In this document: positions 54,970-64,000 of the stretch, piece by piece
Layout: each line of letters begins with the position of its first letter
Numbering within the stretch: the stretch's first letter is position 1
Assembly: GCA_002427535.1 (NCBI GenBank)
Contig: DIRK01000058.1
Location: forward strand, 811 to 64,810
Direction: 5' to 3'
Length of the DNA: 64,000 bases
Source of the DNA: Mageeibacillus sp. UBA5438
GTDB lineage: Bacteria; Bacillota; Clostridia; Saccharofermentanales; DTU023
The notes under the pieces: generated by a model
Seen by the model: only the letters and a program-made list of their open reading frames with translations
The model's database searches: none
What the model was told of the DNA's origin: nothing
Program-made: the position numbers and the translations under genes

Positions 54970-56229
54970 TTATTCAAGCATGCCTTCTTCGTCGAGAAGC
55001 GTGACATATGCCTCAAGCGCGTCCTCAAAACATTTCATCGGCGGATGCACAACGCCCGCCCCGACTTGGCCGACACCGGCCTTCTTGTGCGCGATGCCCG
55101 TATTGATGACCGGGCGGATCTGTGTCTCTACCACGAGACGAATGTCAATGCCTGTCGGTGAGCCTCTGAAGTTCATCGGGGGCAGTTTGTAGCTTGCGCT
55201 TTCCTCTAAGGTGATCTCGTACATGCTCGTCGTGAAGTTCACGGCATCTTGCGGCGTGCCTCCGACAAATTGCACGATGGCCGGCGCGGTGGCCATGGCA
55301 AAACCGCCGATGCCCATCGTCTCCGTGATGCAGGAATCACCGATGTCGGGGTTCGCGTCGTCCATGGAATAACCGGGGAAGTAAAGCCCGTCAATGATCT
55401 CGGCCGGAGCGGTAAACCAGCGGTCACCCAAAGCGGCCACGCGGATACCGAAGTCAGTGCCGTTTCTTGCCATGGTGTAGACGACGGTGGAATGTTTCAC
55501 CTTCCCGACGGGATCCATGGTCGCCTTGGCGGCCGGCATCGACAGGTTAAGCGCGAAGTGGTCGTTGGAGTTCAAAAAGTCAAAGACTTTCTCCTGATCT
55601 TCCTTCGACGCATCGGTTTTCACAATGCTCGACGCCATCTCGCGGATGAACAGCGAGGTCGTCGCCTTGTTTCGGTTATGCACCTCGTCGCCCATCTGCA
55701 CGGACTGCGCGATCAGGTTCTTCAGATCGATCGGACCGTGAATGGCAAGCGCTTCTTTCAGGATGGGATAAAGCGTCTTTTCCATCCATTTCAGATGCGT
55801 GATGACTTCTTCACTGTAGGCGCCAAAGCGCAACACCTGACCGAGTCCCTCGTTCTGCGTGCAGTACGCGAAATTGCCCTCAGCCTTGTTCTCAACAATG
55901 AACACAGGCATGGAGGCGGTCACGACACCGGCCATCGGTCCGACCGACGCATGGTGGTGACAGGGATCAAATTCAATCTTGCCTGAAGCGGCTAAGGCCT
56001 CAGCTTCCTCGGGTGTATCGGCCAATCCCTCATAGATCAGTCCTCCGATCACCGCACCGCGAAGCGGACCCGACATCCTGTCCCAGGTAATCGGGGGACC
56101 CGCGTGCATCACTAAATGTTTGTGCATGCCCGGAACCACGTCTTGGGCAATCCCCATCCCGACCAAGGTCGGCTGAGCACCCTGAATGATTTCCAGCGCC
56201 TTCTTATTGGCTTCTTCAATAAATTGCAT
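54970..56229 (-). CDS. DUF1116 (YlbE-like) protein, main part
   Basis: ~419 aa. First ATG at 56229 preceded by AAGGAG. Neighbours fdrA-like and DUF2877-like genes, as in the E. coli fdrA-ylbE-ylbF region. Confidence 0.7.
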   Translation of the reverse strand: MQFIEEANKKALEIIQGAQPTLVGMGIAQDVVPGMHKHLVMHAGPPITWDRMSGPLRGAVIGGLIYEGLADTPEEAEALAASGKIEFDPCHHHASVGPMAGVVTASMPVFIVENKAEGNFAYCTQNEGLGQVLRFGAYSEEVITHLKWMEKTLYPILKEALAIHGPIDLKNLIAQSVQMGDEVHNRNKATTSLFIREMASSIVKTDASKEDQEKVFDFLNSNDHFALNLSMPAAKATMDPVGKVKHSTVVYTMARNGTDFGIRVAALGDRWFTAPAEIIDGLYFPGYSMDDANPDIGDSCITETMGIGGFAMATAPAIVQFVGGTPQDAVNFTTSMYEITLEESASYKLPPMNFRGSPTGIDIRLVVETQIRPVINTGIAHKKAGVGQVGAGVVHPPMKCFEDALEAYVTLLDEEGMLE

Positions 56230-56252
56230 GGCATCTCCTTCTTTCAAAATAA

Positions 56253-56429
56253 TTATTTCAAACCCTTTAATCTGCCCAAAAGCGAAGACATTTTCTTATC
56301 GCCTCCGGCAGCCGGCTTCCACTGTACATGGGCGGTCGACACGCCCTGATTTTTCAAATCCTCGTAAAAGGATTCCAAACCCATATTGATCACAACCAAC
56401 TCTTTTGTAAACAGCTCATTCACAGACAT
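56253..56429 (-). CDS. small ORF (58 aa) not in the supplied track; probable detached N-terminal segment of the DUF1116/YlbE family
   Basis: GGGAGG, 6 nt, ATG at 56429. MSVNELFTKELVVINMGLESFYEDLKNQGVSTAHVQWKPAAGGDKKMSSLLGRLKGLK, stop at 56253-56255. Fills the gap between the fdrA-like and DUF1116 genes. Confidence 0.55.
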   Translation of the reverse strand: MSVNELFTKELVVINMGLESFYEDLKNQGVSTAHVQWKPAAGGDKKMSSLLGRLKGLK

Positions 56430-56442
56430 GGTGTACCTCCCT

Positions 56443-57993
56443 TTAAAGCTTCGCGGCCGTCATGATCCGATGGACAAGACGGACCGCCTGCGCGTTCGAA
56501 GGCATCACGATGACGCCTGCTTTTTCCAAATCTTTTGTGGATTTCACAAGATCCTGAGGATCCTGATCAGTTCCCGTCACAGACGCGACGGCGATCACGT
56601 CCTTGCCTTCCTTTTTTAAGGCCTCTTTAATCTCCGTAATTGAATCGGCCACGGCGCCCGCCGGATCTTCATGCGAACCGTATCCGAGCACCACATCCGC
56701 CAGGATCACCGCGGTGGTCCCGTCGACATGTGACTTGAAAAACTCGGTCCTGGTCATCGGGTCGATCATGGGATGGGGGCGACCTCTTGTGAACTCGTCT
56801 TCACCTAAGTCAAGGCAGATATGGCCTTTGCCCTCGCGCTTGGACAGCGCGCGGTCCGGCGTCAGCGGAATATTCGAGTAAAGGGGGAAATCCTCTCCCA
56901 GATACTTAATCGCTTCATCCGTTAGTGTACCGCCCGTGAAAAGCGCCACCAGATATTTCTGGTCATCTTTTAACTTCGCCACCTCCGCCTTCACCAAGGC
57001 ATCGATCGCTTCTTCCGACTGGTCGAAACCGTCAAAGTCAACGGGCGTTTCTTTTCGAAGGAGCGCGACGGCCTTTTTAGCCGCGTCTTCCAAACTGACA
57101 CAGGAAATGGCGCCGGCCTTTTTCACGGACTCCGCGTCACCGCCGATGAAGTCAATGACAACAGGCTTCGGGCTGTCCTTAATGAGATCGTAAATTTTCT
57201 TTTCCACCGAAGGTGCCGGCGGTTTTGACACAAGCACGATGACCTCTGTTTCGGGATCCGCGATCAGGGCTTCAATTCCCTGGATCATCATGAGGCCGCC
57301 GATCTCCTCGCGAAGATCGCGCCCGCCGGTACCGATGACCTGGGACAGGCCTTCGCCCAACTTATGGATAATGACCGTGATTTCCTGTGTACCTGTGCCC
57401 GAGGCGCCGACAAGACCGATCTTCCCTCTTCGCACAGCGTTGGCAAAGCAGAGCGGCACACCGTTAATAATGGCGGTTCCGCAGTCAGGGCCCATCATGA
57501 GAAGGCCCTTTTCAACGGCCATTTTCTTCAATTTCAATTCTTCTTCCACGGGGACGTTATCTGAAAACATCATGACATGAAGGCCTTCGTTGAGCGCTGT
57601 TTCCGCCTCCTGCCCCGCGTATTGGCCGGGAATCGAAATCTGAACTAGGTTGGCCCCCGCCAGATGACGGATCGCCGAGCTTAAAGTCGGCGGCTGGTAG
57701 TCACCCGACATCGCTTCTTTTTTGCTGTTGATTTGCTCATCAAATGAAGCGACCAGTTCGTCCATGCTGACTAAATTTTCATCAAATTTTGCCGCGATGA
57801 ACAGATCATTGGGCGTCACCTGCTCAAGCTCGGAAACGAACATGTCAAGCATCTTGACCAAGTCGAGGTTGAGATCGGTGCCCATGCCGACGAGCACCTC
57901 TTCCACCCCTTCTTGTTTTTTCATCTCGCGCGATATGAGCATCAGCGTGACTGAGTCATAATACGCGTTCTCCCTTACAATCGCTTTTATCAT
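56443..57993 (-). CDS. fdrA: FdrA-like acyl-CoA synthetase/succinyl-CoA-ligase-alpha-like protein
   Basis: 516 aa. CoA-ligase-like glycine motif IGLVGASGTGTQEI. Gene order with DUF1116 and DUF2877. Confidence 0.75.
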   Translation of the reverse strand: MIKAIVRENAYYDSVTLMLISREMKKQEGVEEVLVGMGTDLNLDLVKMLDMFVSELEQVTPNDLFIAAKFDENLVSMDELVASFDEQINSKKEAMSGDYQPPTLSSAIRHLAGANLVQISIPGQYAGQEAETALNEGLHVMMFSDNVPVEEELKLKKMAVEKGLLMMGPDCGTAIINGVPLCFANAVRRGKIGLVGASGTGTQEITVIIHKLGEGLSQVIGTGGRDLREEIGGLMMIQGIEALIADPETEVIVLVSKPPAPSVEKKIYDLIKDSPKPVVIDFIGGDAESVKKAGAISCVSLEDAAKKAVALLRKETPVDFDGFDQSEEAIDALVKAEVAKLKDDQKYLVALFTGGTLTDEAIKYLGEDFPLYSNIPLTPDRALSKREGKGHICLDLGEDEFTRGRPHPMIDPMTRTEFFKSHVDGTTAVILADVVLGYGSHEDPAGAVADSITEIKEALKKEGKDVIAVASVTGTDQDPQDLVKSTKDLEKAGVIVMPSNAQAVRLVHRIMTAAKL

Positions 57994-58008
57994 TCCTTAT
58001 TCTCTCCT

Positions 58009-58971
58009 TTACGAAAGTTCTTTCTTTATCCATATCGACGGATCGTTCCGATTCGAACTCAAAATAGCGGCGGCGTACAATCCAAATAAAAAGTCCGCGC
58101 CTGAACTCGCGCCGTACGCCAAGGCGCGATCAATTTTCTCCTCCAAAAAGTCCTCATCGCCCATCGCGACAAGAAGATCCAAATACAAGGCGTTCGCCCG
58201 GCCATGAGACGCGTGACGCAACATATGGTAACTGACAAGGGTTGTGCGTTCTTTCGAAAGGGCTACCAATTGGGAGGCAAATTCCAAAGCACGTGCGCGC
58301 TTGTCGATCTGCGGTGACTTGTCATAGTAAGACCATAGCAAAATACCCGCTAAAAAATCATCGCAGGAAGGTGTCAGCCCCGGACCAAAACCGATCAATC
58401 GCTTCGCGCGCTCAAAAGCCGCTTCAAAATGGCCGCTCCCCCATTCATCCAAAAACAGGTCAATGTCGCGGGCGATATAGGCGCTGTATATATTCATGGG
58501 CGGTGCGTCTTCACTCGGCGCCCCCCCTTGTATGCGGGCTGCCAAAGAGGAGATACCGGTGGACTCGTGCGTTAACAGTGCCTGTCGGATAAGTTCGAGT
58601 GAATCGTCATGACCCGTTATTGGGTATCGGCCCGAAAAGTTCAGCGATACAGGTATGACCGTCGCATTTCGAAAGGACAGCTGGCCTCTGTCGTGCGGCA
58701 GATGAAAGCTAAAATCCCCGTCGTAGCGGATCGTATCGCCGGGGTAAAGTTTCCAGGCGGCGATCGATTCAACCGGGGCGACAAGCCCCATCGGCACCAT
58801 GTCGCGCCCCGAGGCTAAAAAAGTGACAAGTTCGCCATCCTTCGTCAGGGTATTGACCGAGCGGTTAAATACAGAATGGACACTTAACTCCAAAGCGCCG
58901 GAAGTCTTCAGGTATCTTCTAAGATCCGAGGCAATCGCAAGGCATTGGCCGGGAGACATTAAGGGGTTCAT
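58009..58971 (-). CDS. DUF2877 (YlbF-like) protein
   Basis: 320 aa. The assignment rests mainly on conserved neighbourhood with FdrA/DUF1116 and on the overlap with the pucR-like stop. No catalytic motif recognised. Confidence 0.5.
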   Translation of the reverse strand: MNPLMSPGQCLAIASDLRRYLKTSGALELSVHSVFNRSVNTLTKDGELVTFLASGRDMVPMGLVAPVESIAAWKLYPGDTIRYDGDFSFHLPHDRGQLSFRNATVIPVSLNFSGRYPITGHDDSLELIRQALLTHESTGISSLAARIQGGAPSEDAPPMNIYSAYIARDIDLFLDEWGSGHFEAAFERAKRLIGFGPGLTPSCDDFLAGILLWSYYDKSPQIDKRARALEFASQLVALSKERTTLVSYHMLRHASHGRANALYLDLLVAMGDEDFLEEKIDRALAYGASSGADFLFGLYAAAILSSNRNDPSIWIKKELS

Positions 58972-60641
58972 TCAAGCAACTCCTTAATCTTTAACGCGAG
59001 CTGAAAATTGAACGCCGTTTCGGGGTCACGCAGATCAATGCCGTAGACATCGCGAATGCGGTTAATCCTGTAAATAATCGTGTTGTAATGGGTGAACAAC
59101 AGTTCAGACACGCGCTTCAAATTGCCGCCTGAGGCAAAATAGACGCGCACCGTGTCGATGAGGTCGCCGCGCTGATTGGAATCGTGTTCCTCCAGCGCCC
59201 CGAGCACCTCGTTCGCGTAGGCGAGCGCGTCCTCACGCAGCAGTGGATGCCCCAAGACGCGAAGGAGCCCCAAGTCATCGTAAAACAACACATGGGTCTG
59301 CTCTTCGCCGCGCGCCAAAAGAATTCTGACCGTCTGTTCGGCCTGCTGCAGGCTGTCCGGCAGTTGCCGGGCGTGTGAGACGCAAGAACCTACGCCGATC
59401 ATGGTGAAAGCCGAGAGTTCTTTTTCGGCGAGGCATCCGTCCAATATCTCGATAAACCGCCGGCACATGGCGTGGCGTCCTTCGACCGGGCAGGCGTTGT
59501 CAAATTGCAAAAGGAAAATGGCGCGATCGCTTTTCCTTGTCGAAAGAAAATAACCTTCGTACTCCCTGCCCAGGCGGTTCGTCAAATTGAGCAGCCCCGT
59601 GTTCAGATTTTTAATCATCTTCGAATTGTTCGCCGTCATTTGAAGGCGTTCTTCGCGGTTCATCACAAGCGCGACAATCTGACTTGGCAGCTCAGGATTA
59701 AAGCGGTAATAATCGGCGCTGTCAATCGCCTTTTGCTGCTCTTTGGGATCCTCGCTTAAAAGTTGTTCCAAGAAGGTGGTTTGGTGAACATTTTCGCGCT
59801 CGACCAGTGTGGTGCGGTTCAAAATATCAAGCGCGATCAAAGTCGAGGTCGACTCGATGACAAACAGGTCTTGAGGTCGCAGTGAGCCTTCCGTATCCCA
59901 GATGAAAATATTGCCGTAATAGGTGTTGTCAAAATAAATCGGGATGGTATAGCGGGAAAGGCCGCTCTCTACCATCGTCACATGCTGAAAGCGGTTATTG
60001 GGGGTTGTATAGTCGCCCTTGTCAGAGGGCATGGCCATGAGCTTTTGGATGTCATTTTCAATCTGGGCTTCTTTTTCCTGATCGGGACAAAAACAATAAT
60101 GGTCGCGAAATATATCGTCACGGATCATGACCGGTGCTCCGGTCGCCTGATAAATCTGCTCGACGATTTCCTGCATGCCCCCGTGCCGCAACATGATTTC
60201 TCGCACGGTATGGTTGAAGTCATTGATGCGGGAAAGAAGTCGGGTCTGTTCCCCGATGATGTGGTTGAAAATTTCCTTGATCAGTTCACCGTAAGGAACG
60301 TCCTGCGGGATGCGAATAATGGGAAAATCGAGGATGTTCGCCAGTTCTATCGCTGATTTTGGCACTTCGCTGATATAGCGATGTGTCTTGATCCCGAGAC
60401 CGCACACGTCCTTTTCTTTTAACTGGGGGATCAGGCGTTCTAAGGCGGCGGGATCGTCACTGAAGGTATAAGCGGTTGTAAGGAGTAATTCTCCGGGTCT
60501 GACCCATTCGACGATGTCGGGAACTTCCATGACGTTAACCGACACGATGCCGCGATCAAGCCCGCCGTGTCCGGCCAGCACTTCAGCCCCGTCCAGCAGG
60601 CTGACATTCAAAATATTCCTAAGTGGGATGACTAGTTTCAT
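58968..60641 (-). CDS. PucR family transcriptional regulator (purine catabolism type)
   Basis: PucR-like N-terminal domain (LAGHGGLDRGIVSVNVMEVPDIVEWVRPGELLLTT). C-terminal HTH (NLKRVSELLFTHYNTIIYRINRIRDVYGIDL). Confidence 0.85.
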   Translation of the reverse strand: MKLVIPLRNILNVSLLDGAEVLAGHGGLDRGIVSVNVMEVPDIVEWVRPGELLLTTAYTFSDDPAALERLIPQLKEKDVCGLGIKTHRYISEVPKSAIELANILDFPIIRIPQDVPYGELIKEIFNHIIGEQTRLLSRINDFNHTVREIMLRHGGMQEIVEQIYQATGAPVMIRDDIFRDHYCFCPDQEKEAQIENDIQKLMAMPSDKGDYTTPNNRFQHVTMVESGLSRYTIPIYFDNTYYGNIFIWDTEGSLRPQDLFVIESTSTLIALDILNRTTLVERENVHQTTFLEQLLSEDPKEQQKAIDSADYYRFNPELPSQIVALVMNREERLQMTANNSKMIKNLNTGLLNLTNRLGREYEGYFLSTRKSDRAIFLLQFDNACPVEGRHAMCRRFIEILDGCLAEKELSAFTMIGVGSCVSHARQLPDSLQQAEQTVRILLARGEEQTHVLFYDDLGLLRVLGHPLLREDALAYANEVLGALEEHDSNQRGDLIDTVRVYFASGGNLKRVSELLFTHYNTIIYRINRIRDVYGIDLRDPETAFNFQLALKIKELLE

Positions 60642-61032
60642 GCGCTTTACCCGATAATCTCTTCTCTATCATTTTACACAATATCGACTCAAGATTGCCT
60701 GTTAACTTGCCACAGCGATAGCGTCATTATAGACCATATCACTATTATATGACAACAGTGTTAAGGAATATTCATCCCCTCTTTTCGCCTTTTTATCCGA
60801 ATTAATCACCCGCGGCCGATGTTATTCAGATTTACCTCATTTTCCCACTTGTATACTCACGACAAAATACATCCCAACGAGAAATGTTATTTGTAAACTC
60901 ACACATCGAGCTTAGCCTACATAAGTGATAGAATTATAATAAATTATTCACCGCAACCTATTAGGCTGTGCAATTGAACATTGGATTGAATATGCAAAAT
61001 AAATCGTTTTTGCGAAACGAAGGAGGTTTTTC

Positions 61033-61872
61033 GTGCTAAGTCAATTTGATTATGTCAAACCGCTTGTACTGGACGAGGCTCTGGATGCGCTGTCGCACCA
61101 CGATGACACGTACATCCTGGCCGGTGGTACCGATCTTCTGATCATGCTTCGCCACCATCTGATCGACGCCAAGCATATCGTCGATATCAAGGGTGTCTCG
61201 GAACTTTCTGTTTTCAACTTTGTTGAGGGCGAAGGGCTTGAGATCGGAGCGAACGTGGTGGTCAACACGCTTGTTGATTCGGAGCTTGTCAAAACAAAGT
61301 ATGGGGCGCTCCACGACGCGGCGGCCTGTCTTGCGACCTACCAGCTTAGAAATCGCGCGACACTTGTGGGCAATATCTGCAACGCGTCACCCGGGGCGGA
61401 TCTGCCGCCTGCCATGCTGATCTACGACGCCACCGTCAAGATCGCGAGCAAAGAGGGCGTACGGACCGTACCGCTCAAAGAATTCTTCACCGGTGTTAAA
61501 AAGACCCAGCTTACAAAGGGCGAGCTTGTCGTCTCTGTGTTCCTACCGGATCCCGGCAACAATGACAAGAGCGTTTACCTTCGCCAGACACGCTTGAAGG
61601 GACACGACCTTTCGACGGTCGGCGTCGCCTGTCGTATCGACGGTGAAGGCAAGGCGGCCATCGGAATTAATGCTGTGGCCATTACGCCGCTGCGCCTCAA
61701 CGCGTTAGAAGACGCGCTGAACGCCAAAGGCATCACGGAGGAATCCGTCCTCTGGGCCTCCGAAGAAATCAAGAATCACATCAAGCCCATCACCGACGTA
61801 CGCGCATCGAAGGAGTACCGCCTGCATATGGCAGGGGTATTGCTGAAGCGCTGCTTCGCGAAGATCATGTAG
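61033..61872 (+). CDS. xanthine-dehydrogenase-family FAD-binding subunit
   Basis: GTG start with GAAGGAGG upstream. FAD_binding_5-type ILAGGTDLLIML. CO-dehydrogenase flavoprotein-like C-terminus (DVRASKEYR). Confidence 0.88.
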   Translation: MLSQFDYVKPLVLDEALDALSHHDDTYILAGGTDLLIMLRHHLIDAKHIVDIKGVSELSVFNFVEGEGLEIGANVVVNTLVDSELVKTKYGALHDAAACLATYQLRNRATLVGNICNASPGADLPPAMLIYDATVKIASKEGVRTVPLKEFFTGVKKTQLTKGELVVSVFLPDPGNNDKSVYLRQTRLKGHDLSTVGVACRIDGEGKAAIGINAVAITPLRLNALEDALNAKGITEESVLWASEEIKNHIKPITDVRASKEYRLHMAGVLLKRCFAKIM

Positions 61873-61885
61873 TAGGAGGTCAAAG

Positions 61886-62437
61886 ATGAGCCATACAGAC
61901 GATAATAAGGCATGTGCCATGCATACGGCACACGTGCGAGAAGCCCACGCGCGACGTGTATTACTGGAGATGACCGTGAACGGTGAGTGTATCGTTGAAG
62001 AGGTCGACCCGAACATGCTGCTCCTTCACTTCCTGCGCGACACATTGAAGTTGTTCGGCGCCAAGGAAGCCTGCGGAGAAGGCGAGTGCGGCGCGTGCAC
62101 CATTATTTTGAATGGTAAGACAGTCAACTCCTGCCTGGTCCTTGCGATTGAGGCACAGGGGGGCGATATTTTGACGGTCGAAGGACTGTCAAAGGATGGC
62201 GAACTCAGCATTTTGCAGCAAGAGTTCATCAAGGAGGACGCGTTGCAGTGCGGATTTTGCACGCCCGGCATGCTGATGTCGGCTCGCTCGCTCTTGGACC
62301 GCCATCCCGATCCCACCGATGAAGAGATCAAAGAAGGCATGGGTGGAAACCTCTGCCGCTGCACCGGTTACCAACAGATTTTCGACGCCATTAAACGAGC
62401 TGCAAAGCGCGAGAGAGAGGAGTTGAATCGTTCATGA
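61886..62437 (+). CDS. xanthine-dehydrogenase-family [2Fe-2S] subunit
   Basis: CGEGECGACT plant-type cluster plus CGFCTPGM..CRCTGY second cluster. AGGAGG RBS. Confidence 0.9.
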   Translation: MSHTDDNKACAMHTAHVREAHARRVLLEMTVNGECIVEEVDPNMLLLHFLRDTLKLFGAKEACGEGECGACTIILNGKTVNSCLVLAIEAQGGDILTVEGLSKDGELSILQQEFIKEDALQCGFCTPGMLMSARSLLDRHPDPTDEEIKEGMGGNLCRCTGYQQIFDAIKRAAKREREELNRS

Positions 62438-63999
62438 GTCAGCAAGATTTGAAAAATTTTGAATACAAGTGCTGCCGCAATTACGAGTCCGACTACAAAT
62501 ACGTCGGTAAGCCGTATCAGCGTAAAGACGCGATTGAAAAAGCGACAGGCCAGGCAGAATACACATTTGACATGGAACTGCCGGGCATGCTCTATGCCAA
62601 AGCACTCCACTCACCCCACGCGAGAGCGCGCATTGTCTCGATTGACACAAGCCGTGCTGAAGCGCTGTTTGGGGTCAAAGCGGTCCTGACGGGTGAAGAA
62701 TCCGACATCGTGGTCGGTCTTTACATGCAGGATAAGCTGGCGATCGCCAAAGGCGAAACACGCTACCAGGGCGAAGTGGTCGCCGCGGTTACCGCGACCA
62801 CCGAAGCAATCGCGGAACGCGCCATTTCACTCATTGAGGTTGAGTACGAGGTCTTGGAACCTGTACGCAACGTGGATGAGGCATTGGAAGCCAAGACGCT
62901 CGTTCATGAGAACATCGCGGAGATCAAGCACGTTGAGGGTGTTTTCTTCCCTCAGCCGAACTCCAATATCGCAAGCTTGAACAAGAGCCGCAAGGGTTCG
63001 CTCGACGATGGATTCGCTGAAGCCGATGTCGTGGTTGAAAACGAATTTTCATTGCCGGCCGTCGCGCACGTGCCGCTTGAGACGCACGTCGCCATTGTGC
63101 AGGCCGATCCTTTCACGGACAAGATTAAAATCTGGTCCTCGGCGCAATCGCCCTTCGCGCTCCGCCAGTTGATGGCGGTGAGCTTTGGCATCAATGAGTC
63201 GGACATCGAAGTGCACATCCCTTACGTGGGCGGCGCCTTCGGTGGTAAAGCCGGTATCCATCTTGAACCTTTGCTGGCCCTGCTGTCCAAGAAAAGTGGC
63301 GGCGCGCCTGTGAAGCTTCGCCTGACGCGTGAGCAGGAGTTCTCCTTCATGCCGACACGCGCCGGCATGCGCGGTCGCATCAAGACGGGTGCCAAAAAAG
63401 ATGGTTCCCTGACGGCGATTGACATTGTGTACGACTGGGACAGCGGCGCTTACGCTGACTATGGCGTTAACGTCGGTAAGACGGCTGTTTACGGCGGTCT
63501 AGGCCCCTATGAAGTCGACAACGCGGCGATTATCTCTAACACCATCTACACCAACAAGGTGTTCAGCACCGCCTACCGCGGATTTGGTCACTTGGAAACC
63601 ATGTGGACCGTTGAGCGCCAAATGGATATCCTGTCACAAAAATTGGGCATCGACCCTTATGAGTTCCGCATGAAAAACATGCTGAAACCCGGGGGACACA
63701 CGATGTCAGGTGAGCTCATGACCGAGAGCACCGGCAGTCCCGGCGAATGTCTCACAGCGGTTGTCAAAGAGATCGGCTGGACAGGACGCAAGACGAACGA
63801 AGAGCGCGAGCGTGAGTGGAAAACAGGTAAGGTGCGCGGTAAAGGATTTGCCATGCTGCAAAAAGCCCCCGCCATGCCTCCTAACACTTCCTCATCGGTC
63901 ATCATGCAGATGGCCGGCGACGGTCACGTCAAGGTCATGATCGGCGCGATTGACTACGGTCAGGGCGCTTTGACCTCCATCGCCCAGATCGCGGCGCAG
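62434..63999 (+). CDS. xanthine-dehydrogenase/aldehyde-oxidase-family molybdopterin-binding large subunit, 3' end outside window
   Basis: ATG overlaps the upstream stop (ATGA). My manual translation stays open to the window edge. Motifs GKPYQRKDAIEKATGQAEY, RYQGEVVAAV, YVGGAFGGK, RGFGH. Absent from the ORF track because it has no stop. Confidence 0.85.
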   Translation, partial: MSQQDLKNFEYKCCRNYESDYKYVGKPYQRKDAIEKATGQAEYTFDMELPGMLYAKALHSPHARARIVSIDTSRAEALFGVKAVLTGEESDIVVGLYMQDKLAIAKGETRYQGEVVAAVTATTEAIAERAISLIEVEYEVLEPVRNVDEALEAKTLVHENIAEIKHVEGVFFPQPNSNIASLNKSRKGSLDDGFAEADVVVENEFSLPAVAHVPLETHVAIVQADPFTDKIKIWSSAQSPFALRQLMAVSFGINESDIEVHIPYVGGAFGGKAGIHLEPLLALLSKKSGGAPVKLRLTREQEFSFMPTRAGMRGRIKTGAKKDGSLTAIDIVYDWDSGAYADYGVNVGKTAVYGGLGPYEVDNAAIISNTIYTNKVFSTAYRGFGHLETMWTVERQMDILSQKLGIDPYEFRMKNMLKPGGHTMSGELMTESTGSPGECLTAVVKEIGWTGRKTNEEREREWKTGKVRGKGFAMLQKAPAMPPNTSSSVIMQMAGDGHVKVMIGAIDYGQGALTSIAQIAAQ

Positions 64000-64000
64000 G

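Noticed and set aside
1-64000. CRISPR arrays, rRNA genes, IS elements, transposases, integrases and prophage genes.
   Set aside because: I found no regularly spaced direct repeats, no rRNA-like sequence, and no ORF with transposase, recombinase or phage structural motifs while reading through the window. A computational repeat search could still reveal short repeats I missed by eye.

Overview
About 64 kb of a moderately GC-rich Firmicutes/Clostridia-like chromosome. The taxon call is inferred only from gene content and order. From ~15.6 to 60.6 kb nearly everything lies on the minus strand. That block holds recG-rsmD-coaD-ddl, a two-component system, nrdR, and a compact dcw cluster (mraZ-rsmH-ftsL-PBP-murF-mraY-ftsW-murG-divIB-sbp-ftsZ). 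It also holds rodA-lgt, the rimP-nusA-ylxR-infB-rbfA-nrnA-truB-ribF operon, one tRNA-Arg(CCT), and a purine-catabolism island (NCS2 permease, cyclase-family hydrolase, DUF1116/FdrA/DUF2877, PucR, three-subunit xanthine-dehydrogenase-type Mo enzyme running off the 3' edge). The first ~18 kb is accessory-like. It has an AT-rich partial Fic gene, fabZ plus a 5'-truncated fabF remnant, and a choline (lic-type) uptake/activation island. The island encodes a wHTH-LicC-LicA tri-domain fusion, a canonical LicC and a BCCT transporter. It also encodes three tandem paralogs of the tri-domain fusion whose nucleotidyltransferase and kinase motifs are eroded, a YidC-TagF fusion, and an LtaS/sulfatase-type membrane enzyme. 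No LicD is present. I consider the pseudoenzyme-regulator triplet and the YidC-TagF/LtaS-like module the best candidate for an undescribed system. Other items worth a look: an HtrA-like protein with apparently substituted catalytic His and Ser; FtsZ with an internalised C-terminal peptide plus a long extension ending in a second similar motif, in a cluster lacking ftsA; an HTH-HipA fusion kinase at the 3' end of the tRNA; an uncharacterised translationally coupled membrane/coiled-coil gene pair; and a long structured leader upstream of the permease. No CRISPR array, rRNA, transposase or integrase was seen. All calls come from reading the sequence and translations by eye, with no database searches.
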